From IMG/VR virus record IMGVR_UViG_3300033073_001153, positions 64,001 through 128,000 of that record: 64,000 nt of DNA; one strand, 5' to 3'. This stretch comes from a virus. Lineage: Duplodnaviria > Caudoviricetes. The notes under the pieces are model-generated. The model worked only from the letters and a program-made list of their open reading frames with translations, made no database searches and was not told where the DNA came from. The position numbers were made by a program, and so were the translations under genes. Shown piece after piece: positions 30,042 to 38,727 of this stretch (position 1 is its first letter; each line of letters begins with the position of its first letter).

Positions 30042-30338
30042 TTACTTGTCCAGAGCCACAAAGATGTTCCGGTCTTGTAGGGTTCGGATTTTTTCGAAAA
30101 GGCTTTCGATTTCTGGTGCTGCCATGTTCCAACTTTCTTCTTGGAGAATGTTCCGTATAGCCTTTTTGAATTCATCTGGATGAAAGTATGTTCCTTTCAT
30201 AACGCCTCCAAATGTGTATTCGCAATACTCATTGAATACGTCATCAAGACGAACTCCATCAGCACATTTGATAGTGCAGGGAATGAGAGAAGAAAAAGGA
30301 TAGAAGGTCATAGACTGGACGAGGTTTTCTTGGATCAT
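30042..30338 (-). CDS. Hypothetical early protein
   Basis: Directly downstream of the promoter at 30376. Confidence 0.7.
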   Translation of the reverse strand: MIQENLVQSMTFYPFSSLIPCTIKCADGVRLDDVFNEYCEYTFGGVMKGTYFHPDEFKKAIRNILQEESWNMAAPEIESLFEKIRTLQDRNIFVALDK

Positions 30339-30375
30339 AATGTTAGGAGTTGAGGTTTACGCTGACACTATCTTT

Positions 30376-30402
30376 ATCGGCAGAGTGTAGGGAATACTTT
30401 AG
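30376..30402 (-). promoter_or_regulatory. Example sigma-28-type promoter
   Basis: CTAAAG-tattccctacactct-GCCGATAA. Confidence 0.8.
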
Positions 30403-30556
30403 AACTTTTTTGTGTTTTTGTGCGCTGAGTTTGTGGGTAGGAGTCCTACGTTTTTGGGAGCGAGCGGGACTTTTTTGTTTGACTCGTGACTTTGTGATAA
30501 AAAAACGAATATGTTATAAATTCATTTTTAATAGAGGAATGAAAAAAGTATTGAAG

Positions 30557-30781
30557 TTATGAGCATGATGTGAATTCCACCTTTGCCTCGAAGCATTCTA
30601 TGTCTCTCCAGTCTTCCTCTTTTATGTCTAGAGGATCGCCTACTAATTCAGCCAGAGACTCTCCGGTTGTGTAGGTCTTTACGAGTCTCCAGACGGTGTT
30701 TGTGGAGGGGTGAAAAGAGAATCCTCTTTTCGTAAAATACGAAGAGGGCTTGACAATTTGTGTGATGTACTTCTCTTTCAT
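30557..30781 (-). CDS. Hypothetical early protein
   Basis: 74-aa ORF. Confidence 0.55.
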   Translation of the reverse strand: MKEKYITQIVKPSSYFTKRGFSFHPSTNTVWRLVKTYTTGESLAELVGDPLDIKEEDWRDIECFEAKVEFTSCS

Positions 30782-30841
30782 AAAAAAAGGAACACAAGGT
30801 ACGGTCGGGGGTTGCCGTACCTTGTGTTTGTGGGGGAGAGG

Positions 30842-31270
30842 TTAGACCGTTTCCAGATCCATGTTGAGGATCAGATTCGAAGCGGTGAAGGCGGCGGTGT
30901 CCCGCTCCTCTTCGGATTCGGCGGAAGTGAACTTTTCCAGAACTTCCTTGAGGAAATTGTAGTCCTCATTTTCAGAAGTCGGCGCATTTTCGTTCACCTC
31001 GAATTCGGTAAACTCCACTTCGTTCAGGATGTCTTCCGATACCACTTCTGATGCCACTTCTCCTTCGAGAGGGGCAAATGTGCTCTCCAGCTCCGCGACT
31101 AACTTAGACAGGTTGTTGCGGAGCGTCAGGTGATTCCCGACGTGCTTCACCGGAACGCATCCGGCCTTGAGGAGGTTGAACGTGTGCTTCTTTGACTCCT
31201 TTTCATAGGAGGAAACGATTTGAATGTCGCCAATGGAGAGAGTGCCGTTTTCGTTTTTGGTGATGCTCAT
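30842..31270 (-). CDS. Acidic early protein
   Basis: Glu-rich C-terminal half; promoter and hairpin cassette upstream. Confidence 0.7.
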   Translation of the reverse strand: MSITKNENGTLSIGDIQIVSSYEKESKKHTFNLLKAGCVPVKHVGNHLTLRNNLSKLVAELESTFAPLEGEVASEVVSEDILNEVEFTEFEVNENAPTSENEDYNFLKEVLEKFTSAESEEERDTAAFTASNLILNMDLETV

Positions 31271-31371
31271 ATGATTTTTTGTTTTTGGGTTTCTGAGTTG
31301 TGAACCGGAAGGGATCGAACCTTCCGGTATTATTGTAGTCGGCAGAGTGTAGAGGATTCTTTAGAATTTTT

Positions 31372-31668
31372 TTAGACTAGTTCTGCTTCTTCCTCTGATT
31401 CTTCGTAGTAGTGTTTGGCAATTTCTTCGAAGTCAACCTCATTCAAGTACTCGTCAACAATTTCACGAACGAAGCCACTTGCCTTGAGGTTGTCAAGCTC
31501 AAGCTCAAAAACAACGTTCTCGAATGCTTCTGCCATGTGTTTGACGCTGTTAAACACTATTCCGTGTTTTTTCTCTTCGGCCATGCTGTGGAAAATTTCT
31601 TCGAATCGGGAATAGATTACCCACGTTTGTTTGTTCGACCATCCGTTGTATGTAGTAGGAGCGTTCAT
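31372..31668 (-). CDS. Acidic early protein with YNGWxN motif
   Basis: TYNGWSNKQTW..VDFEEIA, a common phage hypothetical pattern. Confidence 0.7.
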   Translation of the reverse strand: MNAPTTYNGWSNKQTWVIYSRFEEIFHSMAEEKKHGIVFNSVKHMAEAFENVVFELELDNLKASGFVREIVDEYLNEVDFEEIAKHYYEESEEEAELV

Positions 31669-31752
31669 GTTATTTTTGGTTTGGGGTTCCGGTGAACCGG
31701 AAGGGATCGAACCTTCCGGTATTATTGTAGTCGGTTGTTTCTCGGCGGGACT

Positions 31753-31911
31753 TTAGAACTTTTTTGTAGAACCTGACATTTCCAGAAGAACTAGTGCCAA
31801 TCGCTCGGCAATTTGTTTCTTGACTTCATCAGTGATTCCTTCCTCAAGCGATACGCCTAATGCCCGTGCCATATCGACAACTTGCTCTTCAGTGAATTTT
31901 TCGGTTTCCAT
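31753..31911 (-). CDS. 52-aa early protein (not in the ORF track)
   Basis: METEKFTEEQVVDMARALGV.. between two promoter cassettes. Confidence 0.65.
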   Translation of the reverse strand: METEKFTEEQVVDMARALGVSLEEGITDEVKKQIAERLALVLLEMSGSTKKF

Positions 31912-31975
31912 AATGTTCTAAGGTTTCTGAGTGTGAACCGGAAGGGATCGAACCTTCCGGTATTATACTAATCGG

Positions 31976-32170
31976 TCAGGAATACTTTTTCTTTAGCGGT
32001 TTTCTGATGACCAGCTCAAATTTAGTTCCGTCTTGCATTACGACCAGATTGCAGTCTCGAAGAGTATCAACAAATGCGACATCTTGGTACACCTCGTCCA
32101 AAGTGTTTTTCCGGATACGAGCTTCCATGAGCATGTCGCCAATGAGTTCGAGCAGTTCTTGTTTTTTCAT
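31976..32170 (-). CDS. Hypothetical early protein
   Basis: Cassette upstream. Confidence 0.65.
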   Translation of the reverse strand: MKKQELLELIGDMLMEARIRKNTLDEVYQDVAFVDTLRDCNLVVMQDGTKFELVIRKPLKKKYS

Positions 32171-32268
32171 AATGTTATGTGTTTTTTTCTGAGTGTGAAC
32201 CGGAAGGACTGGAACCTTCCGGTATATTGTAGTCGGTTTTCTGTAAGGAAACTTTAGGAATTTTTTGG

Positions 32269-32451
32269 TTATCTTTCGACTTCAATTTCCACGGATTCAA
32301 TCACGTTCGGAAATGCGGTTTCCAAGTCGCGAATGGTCTGGAGATGTGCTTCCCAATCATGCACGGTGGATTCGTACTGATTGTAACTTTGGAGTGCGCC
32401 TACCAGATCGGCATAAGCACATTTAATGGCAATGAGTTGTTCGGAGTTCAT
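32269..32451 (-). CDS. Hypothetical early protein
   Basis: Promoter at 32492 upstream. Confidence 0.65.
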   Translation of the reverse strand: MNSEQLIAIKCAYADLVGALQSYNQYESTVHDWEAHLQTIRDLETAFPNVIESVEIEVER

Positions 32452-32514
32452 ATTAGAGAATAGTGTGTCTTACCCTTTTGGTACTATAGTATTCGGAACT
32501 TTACGGGAATCCCT

Positions 32515-32706
32515 TTAATCTTTTTTTAAGGTTTCGATAGTTTTTTCCAAGTACGCCCGAATTTCTGGAACATATGACAAATCTTTCAAGATACCACGAA
32601 GGTATCCAATCACATAAGACTCCCAAAATTCCGGCGACTTCTCAATACTCTTTTCTTTCAGAGTGTCAAGCATTTCGTAACAAATATCCAAAGATTTTTT
32701 CGGCAT
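32515..32706 (-). CDS. Hypothetical early protein, leaderless
   Basis: ATG 6 nt after GCCGACTA. Confidence 0.65.
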   Translation of the reverse strand: MPKKSLDICYEMLDTLKEKSIEKSPEFWESYVIGYLRGILKDLSYVPEIRAYLEKTIETLKKD

Positions 32707-32748
32707 ACCCAGTAGTCGGCATTTGTATTAAATATCTTTAGGAAAAAA

Positions 32749-33024
32749 TTAGGAAATATACTTCTTGACAATTCCCATTGTTAGCTTTCCTTGCATTATT
32801 CCAAATTCGCTGGAATAAATTTTTCTGAGCCATTGTCTAGCTTCTGGACAAGGCAAGCCCCTTTCTTTATTGACATTTTCGTTATATGACGGAGCGTTTT
32901 TAACTCCGCCCCCCTGAGACAAGTTAAATGCATTAAGATTCTTTTGCGTAATTGTAAAAGTCACAATAGCAGGTGTGCCACTAATCTGAGCTTCAAGGTT
33001 GGATTTGACAAGAGTAACTTTCAT
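32749..33024 (-). CDS. Hypothetical early protein
   Basis: Start moved to ATG 33024, downstream of the promoter at 33072. Confidence 0.6.
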   Translation of the reverse strand: MKVTLVKSNLEAQISGTPAIVTFTITQKNLNAFNLSQGGGVKNAPSYNENVNKERGLPCPEARQWLRKIYSSEFGIMQGKLTMGIVKKYIS

Positions 33025-33436
33025 GATTTTTAGAGGTTCGAGAGAAGCACTGTGCTCCGCCGTGTCTACTAATAGGCATTCCCCTTCTCCCACTTTAGGA
33101 AAAACTGAAAATCTTTTTTCTTTAGCTCTTTTTTTATTTTTCTTTTTTCTTGTACTAATAGAGGATTGTCATTAACCTAGAGGTAGGGGGGAGGGTCTAT
33201 CCCAAAATCAAAAAAGAAAAAAAGTACAAAAAAGTGCTTGTACTAATAGAGAATCCTATATAACCTATCGGTGGAGGGAGGGTCTGTCTCGAAACAAGAG
33301 AAACCCCACATGCACAAAACGCATAATACACTATACGCATAAAAACATATGCTATTCGTGTATATACAAAATACACATAAAGCAAAATACAGTATACACA
33401 AAAAACATAAAGACTAGAAGATCCTCTACTCTCCCG

Positions 33437-33452
33437 TGTTCCATGTGGAACA
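33437..33452. promoter_or_regulatory. parS-like palindrome, second copy, inside a hairpin loop
   Basis: TGTTCCATGTGGAACA flanked by GATCCTCTACTCT / AGAGTAGAGGATC. Confidence 0.6.
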
Positions 33453-33509
33453 TAACCCAGAAGAGTAGAGGATCACCAAAAAACGGGGAGTCACTCCGTC
33501 AAATTCCGT

Positions 33510-33776
33510 TTACTCCCCAGTCCATACAGTAGTTCCCACTCGAATAGAATTTATTTGTTCCCGTACAAACGTCTTATAACCCTTATTAGTCGCAGTAACA
33601 CTATAAACCGTAACACTGTCCGGCACAAAATACTTCTCACCCCCACGCAAATGCTTCTTCACCCCCAACCTACATGTATAATTCTTCGTCTCACCCTTCT
33701 TGTTAGTATACGAAATCGCAAAAAACTTTCCCTTCGTCGCCTTAATAATATTCAATGGATCAATCGTGTTATTCAT
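33510..33776 (-). CDS. Small SH3-fold-like phage protein
   Basis: KFFAISYTNKKGETK..CRLGVKKHLRGG..YKTF pattern. Confidence 0.55.
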   Translation of the reverse strand: MNNTIDPLNIIKATKGKFFAISYTNKKGETKNYTCRLGVKKHLRGGEKYFVPDSVTVYSVTATNKGYKTFVREQINSIRVGTTVWTGE

Positions 33777-34008
33777 AATATCTATTTGTTAATTACTGAC
33801 ACTAACTATATCGGCAGATTCTACTAAAACTTTAGCAATTTTTTACAGATAAATCTCTGGAGCGGATGCCTAGCACTTGTGGACGTAAGCGAGACTTGTA
33901 GAGGAGAACGAAACTTTTTTCACAAAGTCACGACTTTATTATATTTAAAAGTTTATAGTATACATTCGAATATACAAATGAATATAACATGTATTCATCT
34001 TTTTAGTC

Positions 34009-34170
34009 CTAGAGAGGGCATTTCAAATTATTGTAAAACTCTTCCTCAATCTTCCGCAACTCATTCATCTTAGCCACATACTCCTCGTCCGTAATAAGCT
34101 CACTCATGTAACTCCGGTCAATACGGTCAATCTGATTTTCAATGTAAATCTCAAACATCATTTCATTCAT
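34009..34170 (-). CDS. 53-aa acidic early protein (not in the ORF track)
   Basis: MNEMMFEIYIENQIDRID..; ATG 6 nt after ACCGATTA. Confidence 0.6.
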   Translation of the reverse strand: MNEMMFEIYIENQIDRIDRSYMSELITDEEYVAKMNELRKIEEEFYNNLKCPL

Positions 34171-34878
34171 ATCTTCTAATCGGTATTTTTTAGAGGTTCC
34201 TTTAATTTTTTGTTCGGAAAATTTAACGCTACTCTGAAAATCATCTTTTTTTTCCTAGACGGAGCATTTTTTGTAATACAGAATTTTAGGATTGACAATA
34301 GAAGAAAAATATTTTTTGGAGGGGTCGGGCTTTATAAAAGTCCAATATAATATTTAGTTTAAAATCTTCAGTATTGCAAGCCTTTTGTGAAAAAAGTTTG
34401 TGTCGGATTTTCAGAGTAAAATAGTGTCTATAAAAATTCAATAAAAAAAGACAATCATTAGTAAAGTTTTTTTGTATTGAACACATGTTCTGAGACTTTA
34501 TGTCGCACTATATGATAATAAAAAATGTCACAAAGTGGGGCAAAATGGGTTAAAGTGGGGCGGTTTTTTGTAGTAAGTGTATGGATTTATACAATAACCA
34601 GACTTATTATTAATACTAATAGAGGATTGTATATTAGTTGATAATGTTTACTATTAATAGGCTTTAGTAATTACTGGATCTTTGGCATGTCGTCTGATCT
34701 TTCGTGTGTCTGGTTGTTATTACTAGATAATCTTTTATGCAAAATTCTCAGGAGATACATCACTTTTTAATACATGAGTTCTTTGCCATTCTTTCACTCG
34801 TTTATGATATTCATCGTCTATTCGATACAATTCAGTTTTATACATATCGTATAAACTATTCTGTTTTCCGGCATGATG

Positions 34879-35376
34879 CTAAAATTGTGAGAGTACTCTA
34901 TTAACAAATTTTTCTTTTTGTTTTAAATCATTCCATTCTGGATAAGGCTCGCTGAGTCTGGGATGTTCGTCCATGAAATATTCTTCTAAATCTGGATGAT
35001 AAACATCACTTGGCTGTAATCTTGCTAATACTCGTATAGTGTCTTTTTGCAAGAGAGGTTCGCCGTCTGTGCCGTAACCTATTTCTTTGCCTTTTAATAG
35101 ATAAATGGGTCTTTCTGCCACGTCGATTAAAGTAACAACTTGATCATGATCCGCATCTTCTACGAACCATCTTTGATAATCCGGCCACCACTTTGCCCAG
35201 AAACACGAAATTCCCTTTTCGTACAAAGGCTCGTTTCCTTTTCCCACAATAGAATGACCGATTTTAGAAAACTTTCCCTCTGGGACATTGCCGAATCTTA
35301 TGTAGAACTGATCTTGTTCTGTGTTTTCTTTTAAAGTTTTTGTATAACTCTCCCAGATCATTTGTTCATCGTTCAT
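34879..35376 (-). CDS. MNDEQMIWE-leader protein
   Basis: YIRFG..EKGISC..GTDGEPLL; late box upstream. Confidence 0.7.
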   Translation of the reverse strand: MNDEQMIWESYTKTLKENTEQDQFYIRFGNVPEGKFSKIGHSIVGKGNEPLYEKGISCFWAKWWPDYQRWFVEDADHDQVVTLIDVAERPIYLLKGKEIGYGTDGEPLLQKDTIRVLARLQPSDVYHPDLEEYFMDEHPRLSEPYPEWNDLKQKEKFVNRVLSQF

Positions 35377-35506
35377 TTTAGTATTTAACAGTACGCTCGG
35401 ATCTTTAATATATCCAAGGGTTTTTAATGATTAGTAGTTACTAATAGAGGATTGTATATTAATTAGTAATCTTTATTACTTTTAGTTCCTTGACATCTTT
35501 TTCTCC

Positions 35507-35728
35507 CTACACGGAGCATTTATTCGTAGTATCGCTTTCTCGCTCGCTTGCTTGGTATCCTGTATTAAACCCTTCTGTATATGAATTCAAATGTCTTGTT
35601 TTATCCCAAAGATTAAACTCTCTTAATGACCAATGACCTGTTTTGACCCATTGGTACGCTTGATTAACCGAAATGTTTAGTATTTCTTCTTTTGTATTAT
35701 AAGAATCAATATTCATATTACTTAACAT
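35507..35728 (-). CDS. Hypothetical protein
   Basis: QAYQWVKTGHWSLREF. Confidence 0.6.
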   Translation of the reverse strand: MLSNMNIDSYNTKEEILNISVNQAYQWVKTGHWSLREFNLWDKTRHLNSYTEGFNTGYQASERESDTTNKCSV

Positions 35729-35999
35729 AATAATCTTTTGACATTAATTCACAGATGAACCAATTCTCAGTCTTAATGATTCGCTTAATTATCCTGAGAT
35801 TAATAGGACATCCCCATCGACCTTCTTTGGCAATCTCTCTAGCTTTCATTTTAGCACTAGCTTCGTCCTTAAAATGATAAGGTTCTCCGCTAAGAGTCTC
35901 ATGCAATTCATCCCATTTGTAGGTCATTTCTTCTGTCTTGTGATCGACATAACCTGCATGAAATTCGATTGTGTAATATTGTTCTTCTTTATGTATCAT
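35718..35999 (-). CDS. Hypothetical protein
   Basis: Operon-like run. Confidence 0.6.
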   Translation of the reverse strand: MIHKEEQYYTIEFHAGYVDHKTEEMTYKWDELHETLSGEPYHFKDEASAKMKAREIAKEGRWGCPINLRIIKRIIKTENWFICELMSKDYYVK

Positions 36000-36013
36000 A
36001 AAACATCGAGCAT

Positions 36014-36223
36014 TTATGTCATTACAGTATGAGTAGTCACTACATCTTCTTTTACTACTATATAGTTATGTGGTGGTCTGGATTTCCATTCCATCATACC
36101 AACACGATCTCTCAGCCTTACCATGTCAGTCTGTGCCTCTTCCAGAGTATTGTGTGGTAATGAAGTCCAATTACCAATCAAATTTTTAACTTTATAAATT
36201 GTTTTTGTGGTAGTCGTGTTCAT
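36014..36223 (-). CDS. Hypothetical protein
   Basis: Operon-like run. Confidence 0.6.
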   Translation of the reverse strand: MNTTTTKTIYKVKNLIGNWTSLPHNTLEEAQTDMVRLRDRVGMMEWKSRPPHNYIVVKEDVVTTHTVMT

Positions 36224-36271
36224 GTCATTACTATCTCACATTAGTTTCTTTTTGTCTACATCTTTCGCTCC

Positions 36272-36961
36272 CTACATCTTATAATATTTTGTCTGCAATT
36301 CAATCAATGTTCGTAGTTCTTTCATAGTTCTATAATGAACTAGATCTTTCTTTTGTTCATCAAGTGGCAGATCTTGATAGGGCACATGAAGATGCTGATT
36401 GTAATCAGCTTTTGGATTACGCTGCATCCACTTTGTGTGGATATAATCTGCGCCTTTTTCTTCGTCATCAGGGAAAATGATTATAGCCTCAAAAGCAGCA
36501 AGAGCAGCACATTCGTTTTCTTTTCTCCACATGGTATCTAATTCTGAAAAAGGAACATTGATATCCACATCTTGATCTTCTTTGTTCTTTTTGATCCTTG
36601 GAACACTTTGGCCGTTGTTGGATTTGATCCAACTATTCCTCCATTCTTCATGGATATCCGAAGCAAATTTTTCCAAAATAGTATTTGTTTTTCCATCATG
36701 GAGCATATCAGTTTGTTCTACGACATTGTATTCCATGCCAGTATTACTTAGCATTTCTTGATCATACACAAAAAACAAAGGCTTACCATAAACTTTGGAA
36801 ATCCCCATCATAATAATTCCAACTCTTTTCTTGAGATTATTAACCATAATATCATATTGTTTAAGTGATTCTTCGGGATTAGTAGAAGACGTAATTCCTT
36901 CTCCATTGAAGTTATTAATAAGGAAATCTTTGATAAGTTTGGGATGGATTGTAATAAACAT
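36272..36961 (-). CDS. Protein with tandem RyR-like repeats
   Basis: IHEEW..VPFSELD..KEN and IHTKW..VPYQDLPLDEQKKD. Confidence 0.6.
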   Translation of the reverse strand: MFITIHPKLIKDFLINNFNGEGITSSTNPEESLKQYDIMVNNLKKRVGIIMMGISKVYGKPLFFVYDQEMLSNTGMEYNVVEQTDMLHDGKTNTILEKFASDIHEEWRNSWIKSNNGQSVPRIKKNKEDQDVDINVPFSELDTMWRKENECAALAAFEAIIIFPDDEEKGADYIHTKWMQRNPKADYNQHLHVPYQDLPLDEQKKDLVHYRTMKELRTLIELQTKYYKM

Positions 36962-37072
36962 ATAATGATGTTATTGGATATTTTTGATAGTTTGTGTGTT
37001 GGTGTCTACACATTCTCACACTGGTTTCGGTCTGTCTACATCTTTTTCTCCCTACACGGAGCAGTTTTTTAT

Positions 37073-37465
37073 TTAATCTAAATGCAAATACATCTTCACC
37101 AATTCATCAGCAGTACAATAACTGTGGTGAGTGCGAACTTTAAGCGTTTTAATATTCCAATTTGGGATATCCCAAAAAGATACTTCAGGGCCGATTAATA
37201 ATTTTCTTGTATAGATTACCGCTATTGTTTCGTCAGCAAATTTCAAATTCCATTTACAAACAGGCTTTATTTTGGTTTGTTTATCTGTTTTGAAACAAGG
37301 CTCCCCAAAAGCTTTAACCATGTGTTCGTATCTATGGCTAAATGAAGCGCACCATATTATATCTTTATTAGATTCTGATACATTAATGTCTGGAACCCTA
37401 AGAGGCTTTACAAAATTACCAGTTTCTTTATCAATGAATTTTTTAAAATCTTCGTCACTTATCAT
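37073..37465 (-). CDS. Hypothetical protein, paralogue of 43292..43582
   Basis: Shared Y..(M/L)V..FG.P..W.LKF..IY..W.I pattern. Confidence 0.65.
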   Translation of the reverse strand: MISDEDFKKFIDKETGNFVKPLRVPDINVSESNKDIIWCASFSHRYEHMVKAFGEPCFKTDKQTKIKPVCKWNLKFADETIAVIYTRKLLIGPEVSFWDIPNWNIKTLKVRTHHSYCTADELVKMYLHLD

Positions 37466-37508
37466 ATGTTTATTGGCTTAAATCATGTTTTCTCTTTACA
37501 CGGAGCAT

Positions 37509-37643
37509 TTAGTTAATCTGCCAAACGTACCAAATGTTACCAACTTGTTGAGCGACTCCACCGTTGATTAGAGTCTTGATGAATTCGTTTGCGTTTTCTT
37601 CACAAACAAATGAGCCGCGATAGGTGAGTTTAGGATTATTCAT
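37509..37643 (-). CDS. 44-aa early protein (not in the ORF track)
   Basis: MNNPKLTYRGSFVCEENA..; ATG 6 nt after GCCGACTA. Confidence 0.55.
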   Translation of the reverse strand: MNNPKLTYRGSFVCEENANEFIKTLINGGVAQQVGNIWYVWQIN

Positions 37644-37758
37644 ATCTAGTAGTCGGCAGGTTCGGTCGTCGGGTTTAGGAAAATTTTTAAAAATTTTGTT
37701 AGACTGTACGTCGAACTTTTTTAATGATTAGTTGTTATTAATAGAGGATTGTATATTA

Positions 37759-38196
37759 TTAAAGTTCGTAGTTTATTCTTCTGCTTGTGGGAGTCCAGCC
37801 TTTTCGATCTGTGAGTGTTAATTCAACAGGTTCTATTTTTTTTACGTTTAGTAACGGATAGCCGTACTTTACTTTGTCTTTCTTTATGTAGAATTTACTG
37901 TTTTTATCAACTAAATGTTTATCGTAATCTTTATCGAATTCTTCTTCGTTGTGGTAGATTACGGGTTCGCCAATGATTGCGGAACCCACTAGATATGATT
38001 TAGCTGGCTTACTTTTAGATGTACCAGTTTTAATGATACCCACACGTTTACCGATATATTGGTTTAGAGTGGGTTTGAATTTGGTTTCTATTGTTTTCTC
38101 GCCGCGAATGATCTGTCCGGTGAAGTCTTGGAGTTTATCATTAATATGTATACCCATATTTTGATAACTCTCCCAGATCAGTTCATTGTCATTCAT
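37759..38196 (-). CDS. MNDNELIWE-leader ASCH/PUA-domain protein
   Basis: IIRGEKTIETK..GKRVGII..LVGSAIIG..YGYPL.NV. Confidence 0.7.
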   Translation of the reverse strand: MNDNELIWESYQNMGIHINDKLQDFTGQIIRGEKTIETKFKPTLNQYIGKRVGIIKTGTSKSKPAKSYLVGSAIIGEPVIYHNEEEFDKDYDKHLVDKNSKFYIKKDKVKYGYPLLNVKKIEPVELTLTDRKGWTPTSRRINYEL

Positions 38197-38236
38197 GATT
38201 ATTATTTAACTATCTTTTTCTCACTACATGGAGCAG

Positions 38237-38710
38237 TTAGATATCCGCATTCATTATATTTTCTACACCATTTTTTGTGTGTTCATCACTAGTATCCTTC
38301 CCAAGACAATACTTATCAATTAAGGATGTTGCATGATCTTCAGTTAAACCTAGCTTTTGTAATCTATCTAATAAATCATAATAAAGATTGTTGGTTAGGT
38401 TTTCATGCGTCTCCCAAACTCTGTCTTCAAAATTATCCACTGTTATGTCTTCTGTGTCTCTTGATCTTTGTAGATATTCATCTCGAAAGATACGAGCATC
38501 ATTCTCTTCTTGTGGTGTAATTGGTTGTCCTTTTTCCGAGTAATCTCTTCTATCAACATTAAATGTTTTTTCATAAAATGAAAAGTAATTCCAAACCATT
38601 CTTTTATAACCTCTAAAACCTTCCAATGTATCAATCAGTTCTTGTTTAATGGGACTGATTTGAACTTTTTGTTTTTTGTATGCCTCCCAGATCAGTTGTT
38701 CATCATTCAT
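38237..38710 (-). CDS. MNDEQLIWE-leader protein of unknown function
   Basis: Leader motif and TAAATA-N6-ATG. Confidence 0.7.
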   Translation of the reverse strand: MNDEQLIWEAYKKQKVQISPIKQELIDTLEGFRGYKRMVWNYFSFYEKTFNVDRRDYSEKGQPITPQEENDARIFRDEYLQRSRDTEDITVDNFEDRVWETHENLTNNLYYDLLDRLQKLGLTEDHATSLIDKYCLGKDTSDEHTKNGVENIMNADI

Positions 38711-38727
38711 AATTACTATTTAATCAC

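Larger units (their letters stand above)
31300..32223 (-). repeat. Four copies of a 5'-UTR hairpin ACCGGAAGG-TTCGATC-CCTTCCGGTTCAC
   Basis: Copies at 31300, 31692, 31933 and 32195 (loop variant TTCCAGT). Confidence 0.9.
25645..37758 (+). repeat. Dispersed 20-bp repeat TAATAGAGGATTGTATATTA
   Basis: Exact copies at 25645, 34617, 35442, 37739; variants at 30529, 33156, 33244. Confidence 0.85.

Noticed and set aside
31300-32223. tRNA genes or a CRISPR array suggested by repeated GGTTCGATCC hairpins
   Set aside because: No D-arm, anticodon arm or CCA end; the repeats are 240-390 bp apart and separated by whole ORFs, not spacers.
29709-33285. TAACCTATCGG repeats as additional sigma-28 promoters
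   Set aside because: They contain CCGATAG on the minus strand but have no CTAAAG at the required spacing and no convincing downstream gene.
34479-34490. LexA-like box GAACACATGTTC
   Set aside because: Single copy with only 8 informative bases, about what chance gives in 64 kb, and not placed at a promoter.
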